A DNA stretch of 64,000 nt, from assembly GCA_013239625.1 (NCBI GenBank), contig MU053379.1, positions 3,764,866-3,828,865 on the forward strand, written 5' to 3'. A program made the position numbers and the translations under genes. The notes under the pieces are model-generated. The model had not been told where the DNA came from. It worked only from the letters and a program-made list of their open reading frames with translations, and searched no databases. Below are positions 47,986-58,692 of the stretch, piece after piece. Origin of the DNA: Lama guanicoe (lineage: Eukaryota). Position 1 is the first letter of the stretch; each line of letters begins with the position of its first letter.

Positions 47986-48249
47986 GTTTTCCTCTTTGCA
48001 AACTTACGCCATTTACTTTTTTTTTTCTGTTCTTAGTATATGTTATTTTTTAAATAAAAAGTAGCTATTTCTCATCACAAAAGCAATCTGTATTCATTAT
48101 AAACATTAGCAAAATAGATAAAGATGAAATATGCTGCTCGGGCCAGAAATAAACACCTTGAAATGTGTAATATTTATCTTTCCATTCTTCCTTTCTTCTT
48201 CTTCTTCTTTTTTTGGGGGGGGGCATCTTGTGATCTTTTTTTGGCAACA

Positions 48250-48610
48250 GTCTCTCCCAGCCCACAGGTTCTTCTCACACTTTGTCCTTGACGCCCATCT
48301 CCTTAGGAGGTGGGGTCTACGTCCCTTCCCCTTGAAAGCGGGCAGAATCTGTGTCCCCCGGGACCAACACAGTACAGCGGCAGCGGCGCCCCGTGACTCC
48401 AGACGGGGCCACGACGCCTCGCGCCTTCACATCTTGTTCGCTGGGCCACTCACCCCGGAACCGGCTCCAGGCCGTGAGGGCGCCCAGCCGGCGCAGCGGG
48501 GCGCCCGACGTCCGGCTGCGTCTGCGCTGCCCCCGCGCGCGGGGGTCCGGGCGAAGCGGCCGGGCGGCCGCTGTAACCCCGCTGGGCCGGGCCCCTCGGG
48601 CTGGCGCGTC
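48250..48610 (+). mobile_element. MLT1G/H-like LTR, progressively GC-enriched
   Basis: 5' part 'aggaggtggggtctacgtcccttccccttgaaagcgggcag...gaccaacacagtacagcggcagcggcgccccgtgactcc' is colinear with recalled MLT1H. Confidence 0.7.
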
Positions 48611-49030
48611 TGGCTGGTCTTTGCGCGGCCAGTCGCCGGACGCCCTCGGCTCAGGGGGCCCCCTGATCCAGCCGGTCAACCGCCTTGGGCAGGCTGGCGG
48701 CGGGCAAGGCGTGGGGGCCGAGCGCCGTCCCCGGACGGGCGGGCGCGGCCGCGCGGGGCCTTACACGTCAAAACGCGGCAGCAGCGCGCCCGTCGCGGGG
48801 CGGGAGCGCGGGAAAGCCCTCGTACGGAGCAGCGCGCGGCGATCACGCCAGGTGAGCACACCAAGACTGTTCGCAGGTGAACGTGTGCTAAAGACATGGA
48901 CAAATGTAAAAAAACCCAACCCTTTTATCTGCACAGAAAGAAACCCACAGCGCGAGGCCGCAGATGCCGCCGTTTGTTCCCCCGGACGCCAGCGCGGGGG
49001 CGGCAACGCGCCGTCCTGCTCGGGGGCACT
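48350..49030. other. CpG island (orphan)
   Basis: Very high GC and CpG density; overlaps the MLT1 remnant; no exon recognised. Confidence 0.7.
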
Positions 49031-50444
49031 TTCCGTCTTCAGAAAACCTGAGGACCGTCTGAGTCCCCAGCCTGGCGTTTGTGGATGGGTTTTGTCCTTT
49101 GTCAATAGGCTGTGAGTTTTCCTATGTGGTCATAACTTGTGCTGACTTAAAACTTTAACTTAAAAGAGTATTTCTTGGCATGGCAGCAAGGCAGGCAAGG
49201 GAAGTGGGGAATCCAAGCGAACCATCGCGGCTTCCCTCCCTTTATCTCGGTACTTCTCACAAAATTTGTCAGCTGCGGGAGATCGTATGATTTAAATTCC
49301 CTCAGAGAAATGTTGTATCTACTTTCCCGCTTCGTAACTGATGTCTTCCCCTAGATCCAGTAATTCCCGGACTGCGGCAGCTCAGCCTTTCGACACCCCT
49401 GTGGCTTTCTTCCCAGAGCCCCGTCCAGCTGTCCAGCCCCGTCCTGCCCCTCCAGCTGAGCCTCAGCAGCTCTGTGAGCCGCTGGCCATCAGTCATAACA
49501 AGTGTCTGTGTCCAGACTTGGGAGGGCGCTGGCTTTTCCAACCACAACTTGCGAAGATGCCTTGGAGACAAGGTGGTGGGAAGAGTGACTTCATACGCCT
49601 TCTGCCTCTGAAGAGGTAGGTTGTAAACCGACTCAGGGCAGAATGAATTGGGTGTCTTCGTCCAGGTAAACACTGCCTATTTATCCACAACACGAAACCA
49701 CCATACAATTCAAAAACATTGGCAGTCGCTGGCGAGGGAGAGACCCAGGAGGGGCCAGGAGTGAGGTGGCGGAGGCAGGGCTGTGCAGAGACGCGGCGGC
49801 CACAGGCGGCCTGGTGCACGGCGTCGCTGCAGCTCTTGTCTGCGCGAGTCCCACATCTGCAAAAAACAAAACTGAATCAGAGGCGACACTGTCTCTTGTC
49901 CTGCCAGCTCGGATCTGCTCGTGAATCACAGCCTCGCCCCGTTCCTGAGCCCGAGCGTCACTCCTGGCTCCACATTCGCTGACCTTCTCGCCTGCCTCTG
50001 AAGAGGGACACATTACTTTTTATTAGTCACTCTGTGTTTCAGACCTCTCTGGGGACCGGAAAACCCAGCAGGCAGATCTCAGGCCCTAGAAAGCGGTTAA
50101 ACTGAGTTGCAAATAAAAGGCTTAGAAAGTCCCAAAAATCACAACCTTGGCAAGAATCTCCAATAGGGAAAATTAACTTTCCTCTCTCATCTGAGTTAAC
50201 AGAGTTGGGAGAAGCCAGTCTCTTTGTTGGATAACCCAACACTACCATTTCCATCGACAAGATGCATTTTTGAAGCTGGAAAATGTTTCTTTTTGGTTCC
50301 AAACAACCTCTTTAACTTGACTTGGACACCAGATCTCTTGGACTTTTGCCTCTTTGCATCCAAAACTAGCAGTGTTCCTGAGAGAAGGTTGTCAGTCACT
50401 CACACGTCAGTGAGGGTTTCAGTCAGCCCCCATTTAAATATATC

Positions 50445-51060
50445 TACTCAGATAAATGTTGATTGAGTACCAATCTTGTGCTCAGCACAAAGCCGAGGAG
50501 GCCACAGCCCCCTGACCTCTGAGTGCAGACAGTGGAGAAGGGGAAACAGACACCTGGCTGGTGATGACCCAGGTGTCAGTGGTGGTGCGAGAACTAAAGT
50601 TCTACGGAGCCAGAAGGAAGACGCGCTCAGAGGGAGGCTGGGAGGAGGAGGAGGCGCGGGCATCTGAGCTGAGCTTCTCAAAGGCAGAGGGCTTCCAACA
50701 GGCAGGAGTGCAGGGGGTGAGGAGGTGCGTGGTGCTGGCAAGGGGACCCCACATGCGGGTGAAAGTCGGTAGACACACAGGATGTGTGTGAGGACACACG
50801 GGCACTTGGGTGTGGGTGGCAGGCCTGGCAGCCCTGAGCGGTGCTGGACCATGGTTGGGAAAGGGATCGGGCCAATTAGGGAGGCCTCAGCGGCCATAAT
50901 AAAGCTTGGGATGCAGGCAATTGGAGTCATCGCAGATTTGGGGTGGTGGGATCTCTGCTTCAAGGAAGTGCAGCACTGGTGGCCTTGGGGCAGATTCTGA
51001 GCTGATTCCAGCGGTCCAAGTGGAAACGAGGCTGAGGCGATGGGCGTTAAAATGAGGAGA
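50445..51060 (-). mobile_element. L2 (L2b/c-like) 3' region
   Basis: 'tactcagataaatgttgattgagtaccaatcttgtgctcagcac...gcatctgagctgagcttctcaaaggcagag...gcaattggagtcatcgcagatttg'. Confidence 0.6.
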
Positions 51061-51981
51061 ACGCTTGGAGGCGTCTTGCATGTGGGCTCAGTCAGAACCT
51101 AACCAGGGTGGGCGCTCACAAGCAGGCGGCCAGGGGAGTGGAAGGGGACCGCCAGGTTTCTCACCTGGTGGTCTTATGTCTGAGTGTGAGGTTCCAGGAT
51201 AACTGACAGTTAAAGAAATTCCAGGCATCATCTGCTGGTGCGAGTGAAAATATGAGGATTTACAAACAAAAAGAGAAAACAAACGAAGCTTCACCTCCTT
51301 ACTTGCTTTTCTCCTGATGGTCTTCACTCTTTACACCTCAGTCGGAAATCTTTTGGAGTTTTCAATTTTATCTGATGAGTATTTAACACAAAGCATTTAC
51401 CGATGGCTACTAGTCCTTGGCTGCCTGAAAACAGGTCACTAAAAATTATGCCCGGGAAGAATTTTGTTTTATCATGCCCAGCACAGAGCACAGGCAGGGG
51501 GTTACCACACTCGAGGGAAGCCCAACGTGTATTTCTGCCTGAAGACCTGCAGTTTCCCTAAGGAGGACAGGACGGCCACCCCTCTGGGCGTGTGAGCATC
51601 CTTCTGTTGACTCTGGAACTCCAGGTGTTGGTGGCTGGGCGGCCGACCTGCTGACGAGGCTGCCAGGAAAGGGAGCGGAGAGGACACTGGCAAATGAGGT
51701 CAGAAACCAGCAGTACTCAGTCTCATTTTCGATAGTTTCAGAACCTAAAAAATAAGTCAAAGTCAAAGTGATGAGAAGAAATTGGAACTCACTTCTTTTT
51801 ATTGTAAACAAAGCAAATGCAGCTCTTCCTAAACAAGCTCACCTAATCCTTGATGGTGGCTCTGTCTAGCACGTTAGGTGGCCTATAGTGGAAGGAATGC
51901 AGGTTTGTATCTGAGTATCACCACTAGTTGCTGTGTGACTTTCCATAAGCTGGGCTTCTCTGAGCCTCAGTCTCTCCGTCA

Positions 51982-52276
51982 GTGCTATGGCCTGAATGCC
52001 TGTGCCCTCTGAAATTCCTATGTTGAAACCTGAGGTCCAAGATGATAGTATCAGGAGGTGGGGGCCTTTGGGTGTGGATGAATCCGTGAGGGTGGAGCCC
52101 TCATGAATGGAATTAGTGCCCTTGTAAATGAGGCCCCAGAGAGCTAGCTGGTCCCTTCCTCCATGTGAAGGTAAAAGAATTCTGCATCTGGAGGGCCTCA
52201 GGTGACCACGCTGACACCTCGATCCGGGACCTCCAGCCTCCAGGACTGTGAGAGATAAATTCCTGTTGTTTATGAA
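51982..52276 (+). mobile_element. MLT1A0-like LTR
   Basis: 'tgctatggcctgaatg...aaattcctatgttgaaacc...gagggtggagccctcatgaatggaattagtgcccttgtaaatgaggccccagagagct...ccagcctccaggactgtgagagataaattcctgttgttta'. Confidence 0.9.
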
Positions 52277-54769
52277 TGAGTGAGATAAGGAAATGTGAAT
52301 TGTATGCCATTCAACACATAGTAAGTGAATACTTTTTAAACGTTCGGAGAAAGTGACGTGTTGCCTACTGCATCTTCTTCTATGACTCCGTGGGTCCTTC
52401 TCAGGCAGGCCTTGGGTCTGTCTTCCCAACACTGCCCCTTGCACCAGCTCCCCGAGCCTCTGTTCACAGTTACAGAAGCCTGGGCCGGTCCTCCCCCCGC
52501 CCTCCGTCTGGTAAAACCCTCCGGATGCAGCCCCGCCCGCCGGGAGCCCTCAGTTTGCTCTCTCGCTCCGACTCCGAGCTCCGACTTCTTCGCCCTCAAA
52601 GACGCTTTGTCTGGCCCTGCGCTGCAGTGACTTGCAGTCCCACCCGATCCCTCACCAGGCTCTGAGACCTTTGAAAGCAGGGCCTGCCCTGCCACTTTCA
52701 TCCCGCCCACTTGGGTGGATGACTTGGTGGTCCCCAGAATGAGGACTGGTGACTCTGGGGCCTGGAGGCCTGACCAGTCACTGATTCCCGCAAATCCACA
52801 CTCGGGTGGTTAGTGCTCTTCTGGGCTCTGGAGCTGGGCCTTTCCTTCAGGTGGTCCCTTCCGTCCAGCCTGGCTGGGCCCCCGCGGGTGGGGACCAAGG
52901 TATCCTGAGGGCTTCCTGGTTGCGCTCACAGGCGTCCGCCAGGCAGGGTGCACGGGCAGCAGCAGGTGGACCGCACGCCCTCCAGGCCGGAAGGGAGGTG
53001 CCGGCTCTCCTGCAGTGTGCCCGGGGCCCGCGGTTCTGTCCAGCTCAGGGGTCCTCCTCAAATGAAGCTCAGTGGTTTTCGTGGGGAGGGGGTGCATTTT
53101 CCGTTCATCTCACTTATTTTTGTGCCAGTCTCCGTCAGCGTCTCGCTGGGTTCTGTGGCATTGGGGATGTGGCTCTGTAGGTGTCCTGAAACCAAAGGAG
53201 AAATGTGCCTCTGTGTGACCGTGTTTGTTATTCCCGGGAGAGGGCTGGCATCGAATCCCAAGGTGATGCAGTGACACGACATGACAAAGAGAAAGAGAAG
53301 AAAGAAAATACAGTAGAAACTGACGTCTAGACAATACAGATCAAGTCAGGCCAAGAACTGGCAACACAGCCTTTTTAAGATGAAGTCAAAGCTGTTGGTT
53401 CCTTCTCAGATCCCCCCAGCCCACCGTAAAGGCACCGCAGAATGGATTCTCTCATCCCTTTTCCCAAGACCAAGGGAGGAAGCCCCTCAAACTGGGCAGG
53501 TGAGAAGTGTTTAGCAGTTAAAGCACTGAGAGGGGGCACCCCCTAACCACTAGGCTGCGTGCGGCTTGTCTGATCGGGGGCAGTTCTGGGGGTCCCACCC
53601 TACAGTTGCCCCCAGTGGTGGCTGCTCATGACTGCACCCCAAATAGCTCCCCTCCTTGCCCCCCATCCTGGGGTCACTGCCTAACATCAGTGCCGTCCCC
53701 CACGGCTGTGCCCCAGGGTCTGGAAAGGAGCCCAGGCAGAGACGAAAGACTCACCGTGCGGTCAAGACAGTCAGGGAGGCACAGCTCGACTCCCGAATGT
53801 GAATGAAAACAATACAGCGTACAGAGACTGAAGGCCGGATGCCCTCCTTGACTGGACCCGGCCCATTGCAGCCTGACGGCTTTGGGGTTAGTTTCCAGCA
53901 AGGTGCTTACTGCTCTTTAAGGCCTTGCTTTTCCGGATGTGGAATATTAACACTCAGCTAATAAGCTGAGCTACTTACTATTTATTAGCGGCCTGGAGGA
54001 GCCGGGCCCGTAGGCTTATGGCAACTCGACATGGCCTCATCAAGCGCTCGCACCTCTCCATGCGGCGTGTTTTGCCAGAAAGCGGGCGTTCGGGTTCCTG
54101 GCCAAGTCGAGCACACTGAAGCCCTAAGACGGACGAGCTGCGTCTCCACCCGCTGGTATGCAAGCTGTTCAAGTTCCTAAATTTGAAGACAGGTTGGACA
54201 TTTTTCTCGTGGCGTTCCTGGACCCGAATTTATTTTTCATGAAGCGGTTTTGTAAAATTTATGACGTGAGGACACAACACGCCTTTTTCTTGAGGCTCGT
54301 CTTGTGCACAGGCCTCTTTGTCACAAGCTGGCAGAAGGCACGGGAAGGGGCTTCTGGGGACAGTCCTGTCATTGGCTGTGGTCTCTTCAGGACTCATGAG
54401 GAGACCTGTCCTCACCCCTTAGTCTGGCTGGAGAGAAGCACCCCTTTCTAGGTGACTTTCCTGACAAACCCAAGAGATTAAAAATCAGGTCTTCACCGAA
54501 GGAATCATTTGCAATTTACCATAAAAATGACTCATCTTTCCATTACAGATTCTATAACGCAGCCCCTTACTTATGGATGGAGAAGCTGAGGCCCAGAGAA
54601 ACAGCTGGATTTTCCCAAACAGCCTGGCTGTTTCAGAGCCTTTTCCGTGTGTGTGTGTGTGTCTCTCAACTTTCTGAATCTCCGTTTCTTCATTTGCAAA
54701 AAAGAGATAACAGTGTAGTTCTTGCAGACTTGACTTGCAGAGGTCAACTGATATTTCAAAAAGTGCTTT

Positions 54770-56175
54770 CTAATGACATAAAGTACGTTGCATATATTTG
54801 AAGTGTAAAATCTGATAAGCTTTGGCGTGTGTGTGTGCCTGTGAAACCGACCCAGCGTCAGGGTAACAGGTGTGCCCACCGTCCCAGACAGGTTCTCCGG
54901 GGCTCCTTGTAACCCCCTCCTGCTCCTCCCTAGGCAATCACTGGTCCGCTCAGTTTGCATTTTCTAGGGTTTTGTGTAAATGGAATCGTGCAGGCTGACT
55001 TCTTGTTTGTGTGGTTTCTTCCACTCAGTGTAACTGTTCAGAGCTCGCCCAGAACACTGAATGTATTGAGAGTTTACTGTTAGCATTCTTACCACCGCTT
55101 TTGCTCAGCAGGATTCCAGTGCATCAGTGTACCACAGCGGGCTTACGCATTCATCTGCTGGTGGGCATGTGGGTAACTTAGGTACGTCTTGGGCTCCCAC
55201 AGGTGGAGCTGTGTGCACATTCGTGCACACGCCGCTGTGTGGGTGTGCGCTTTCATTTCTCTCTGGTCAAAAACTAGGAATGCAGTGAGTGCATCCATGG
55301 TCAGTGTATCTTAAACATTATAAGAAACTGATGAACTGTTTTCCAAGGTGGTGATTCCATTTCACGTTTTCCCAAGTGGTCTGTGGTCTCTGGTCCGTAC
55401 CCTCACCGATCCCCGGTGTGATCGGTCTTTGTAATTTTAGCCATTCTAGCAGGCATGCACTCAATCTCACTGTAGTTGTAATCTGCTTTTTCCTAATGAT
55501 GAACTCTGTTGAGCAGCTATTCGAGTGTTTGCTTATCACTCTTTTTACTTTTTGGTGAATTATCAGCTCAAATGTTTTGTCCACTTTTAGCCTGGGTAGT
55601 TAATTCTCTTACTATTTAATTCTGATATTTCCATGCATATTCTGGATAAATCTACTTCATCAAGTGTATGAGTTGCAAATATTTTCTTCAAGTCTGTGTC
55701 TCTTTCGTTCTCTTAACAGTGTGTTTGGAAGAGCAGTGAATTTTAAGGAAGTCCAATTTATTTATTTTTTTCTTTTATGGGTCATGTTTTCAGTGTCCTG
55801 TCTAGTAAATCTTTCCCTAATACAAAAATGTCAAAAAAATTTATCTTACGCTTTCTTCTAGAAGTTTTATAGTTAGAGATTTAAACTGATGTCTATAATC
55901 TGTTCGCATTAATTTTTTATATGACATAGTGTATGAAAAGAAGTTAATTCTGTTTTATATCCGGATCTCCTTTTCTTACAGCAAATTCACTGGGAAGACT
56001 GCCCTTTCCCACTGAGTTACCTTTTCATCTTGGTTGGAGATCGGTTGTCTGTACATGAGTGGTCCTGTTTCTGGATGCCCTGTTCCTTCCCAGAGACCAG
56101 TGTGTTCACCTCTCCAGCACAGTCACGCTCATGCAATCCCTGCAGCTTTATACAAAGTCTTGAAGTCAAGTGAGA
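54770..56175 (-). mobile_element. L1MC/MD-like 3' region (~1.4 kb)
   Basis: 'gtgcctgtgaaacc', 'taggcaatcactg', 'aaatggaatcgtgcag', 'taagaaactg...ctgttttccaaggtgg', 'atattctggataaat', 'ttgcaaatattttcttc', 'ttcttctagaagttttatagt'. Confidence 0.85.
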
Positions 56176-57134
56176 TGAGTCTCATTGCTGCAAATGAATG
56201 GTTTGTCTGTTGTCCGCTAAGTGTTTAGCACGTAACGAACCCCGAGTGAATATTCTTTTCATTGCCTTCCTTAATATGGCATTTTCTCTGAAATGGAAAG
56301 AATTCCCCTCGGCTGCTTTACGTTCTCAAAGTCAGCAATTACCGAACAAGACCCACTGTGATCCACCACCCCAACTTTTAAAATAGAGAATTAGTACAGA
56401 AAAATATTCTCTGCCTTCAAGACCCTTGCATCTTAAGGGAGAGGCATACAATTCATTTTTAGAACAAACTTTTCCTTTCCTGTGTTGTGTCTCTAGTACG
56501 TATTAAATGAGCAAGGAGAGCTTGCTTGCATATGGAGTTCTGTGTCCGTGATACCTCCTAAATACACCTGATTATTTAGACCAAGTCAGGAACACAAAAC
56601 ACAAAACAGGAAGAGCGGGGAGGTGAGGGCTGTGGGACTCACGAAGGCCCCTTGAGGAAGAACGGCCAGTCGGGAGGGGCGGCGTGGATTTACTTAGGCC
56701 AGGAAGCTATTCAGACCCATTCACCCAAATCGCCCACAAAATGTCCAGGATACCAGGCTCTCCTGCAGGTTGGGGGGTGTGGGCCTGACGGGGACAGCGG
56801 TGTGCGATGTGAGTGAGCCGGAGCGGCATGGCCGTGCGCGCGGAGGAACCAGAGGGCTCATCGGCTCAGCCCTGTCCAGTGGCTACTGTCATTTTAACAC
56901 AGGCAGCTGAAGGAGCACGCCTGGGGACACCCTCACTCTTGGGCCATCGGGATGTGGGCGCCGGCTCGGGGGCCTGGGGGCGCTAGTCCTCCTTGCCTCT
57001 TGGCTCTGCCCTCTCCAGAGCTCTGCCCACTCCCTAGCTGCGGTGGGAGAGAGGGCCCAGCAGCTCCAGCTCAATGTGGCTTCAACCCTGTGATCTCAGA
57101 AGGAGAGGCAGATGCCCAACCAGCAGCCTGAGCA

Positions 57135-57276
57135 AGGCTCCTGCCTGATCTGCCTGGGGGGGGTCGCACAGCCCCCTGGACTAGGCTCCTGCCTGATCTG
57201 CCTGGGGGGGGTCACACAGCCCCCCCGGACTAGGCTCCTGCCTGATCTGCCTGGAGGTCACACAGCTCCCCCGGAT
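57135..57276. repeat. Minisatellite, ~48-49 bp unit x ~3
   Basis: Units start at 57135, 57183 and 57232: 'aggctcctgcctgatctgcctgg(g)ngtc[a/g]cacagc(c)n[t/c]gga'. Confidence 0.95.
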
Positions 57277-57514
57277 TGGTCACTGTGTCTCGGGAGATGC
57301 GCTTGGATTGTCCAGGCCAGGCGAGGTACCACGTACTTGCCTGGAGGAAAAGTAACCTGTCACCTGGAAACACAGGGAACGAAGGAGAAGCAGAGACTCC
57401 GTGGACGCGCAATGCACGCGCTCTGAGGGATGCGGGGATAACAACGAGGACAACTACTGCTACTTACTAAAGTATGTTTCTGCTCATTTGTTCTCAAATT
57501 GTGACTAAGTGCAC

Positions 57515-57924
57515 TGCTGCCTTGAGTTTTTGCCCCTCCCCTACATCTCTGTCCTTTGTCCAGGGACTTGCAGCCCCCGCCTCTGTGGGAGCAGTGCATT
57601 CCTTTCCCGTTGACCTTGGGTGTGGCTTTGTGATTGGCTTTGGCCAGTGACCCCAGGATGGCGGTGATGATGCCCCAGCTCTGAGCTTAGGCCTTAGGGG
57701 CCTCACATGTTCCCTGGTTGCTCCTGAACCTCCGAGGTCTCACGAGAGGGTCATGACCTGCTGGCCTCCTGGTCCCGAGGTGGCGGCGGGGAGGAAGATG
57801 AGAGAGCTTGGAGCAAAGCTGACCCAGAAAACCCACCGACTCGTGCACAGTAAACTCTTGTTTGCTACTTGTGTGCTGCTTAGAACTTGAGGTTGTTTCT
57901 GATGCAGCAAAAGCCAGCTGTTCA
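57515..57924 (+). mobile_element. MLT1I/J-like LTR
   Basis: 'ccttgggtgtggctttgtgattggctttggccagtga...ccagctctgagcttaggccttaggggcctcacatgttcc...gaggttgtttctgatgcagcaaaagccagctgttca'. Confidence 0.75.
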
Positions 57925-58259
57925 ACGGCCAACAGAGACCGAGGAAGTGACCTCCACAAAGGCTGAACCCGTGTTGTTAATATTGCTTGTTTCCCAGGAC
58001 CTAGGAGATTGCCTGGCATAGGGTAGGCCCCCAACCAACACACCCCAGATGCATAGCTCACTGCGAAGTACTGGTCCTGTGCTAGGTTCTGAGGGGGAAA
58101 AGATGTGTGAGGGGTCTGCCTCAAAGCAGCTTGCACTGTGTTTGCAAAAACCACATGGGTGTGGTAAGCCTGCGGGACCAAGGGAGAAATGCACCACATG
58201 GGAAGCAGTGATGTGAGTGGAAATGACTTGTGTGCTGTTAATGCTCTTCCTGGAGAGGT

Positions 58260-58692
58260 GGTCTGTTTTCACCCACATCCCTTGACCTGCACCTTTCAGG
58301 GCCTGACTCCCATCGGCCATCAGCAACATTTCTCTGTCTGAGAAATTCTCTGGCCATCAGAGCTTGCTTTACTCTCCTGCACAGTTCAGAAGGGTCTGGA
58401 AAGTAATGCCCCCACCCACAGTGACTGAGGGAGGTGGAGTATAAATACCCCAGCTCCCTTCCCTCTCATCTCGAACGGGGTGACAGAGTCTATAGCGACT
58501 CTCAGATTTCCCTCATGAGTTCAAGCTCCAGGTGCCCTCAGGATAACTTGTTTGTTGATGCACCAAGATATGACGGTCTTCTTCCCTGTCTCTCTGTGTC
58601 CCTCACTCCAGGATATCCTGGGATTTGCAAATAAAGAATTGCATGTGAATCCTTGTCTCTACTGCTTCTGGGGGAACCCAAACCCAAATATA
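58260..58692 (+). mobile_element. LTR16A-like LTR
   Basis: 'ggaggtggagtataaataccccagctccctt...caagctccaggtgccc...caaataaagaattgcatgtgaatccttgtctc...ctgcttctgggggaacccaaacccaa'. Confidence 0.8.

Noticed and set aside
48131..49115. Overlapping 249/254-aa Arg/Pro/Ala/Gly-rich ORFs (similar sets at 8.8-9.7, 13.1-13.9 and 30.3-31.1 kb)
   Set aside because: Open in several frames and on both strands because GC-rich DNA has few stops; at 48.3 kb the sequence is an LTR remnant
53953..53970. 7-bp inverted repeat CTCAGCT-aata-AGCTGAG
   Set aside because: Short enough to be expected by chance in 64 kb; no supporting context
57135..57276. Repeat array with superficial CRISPR-like periodicity (also the 23-bp array at 63.4-63.6 kb)
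   Set aside because: Head-to-tail tandem units without unique spacers, eukaryotic context and no cas genes
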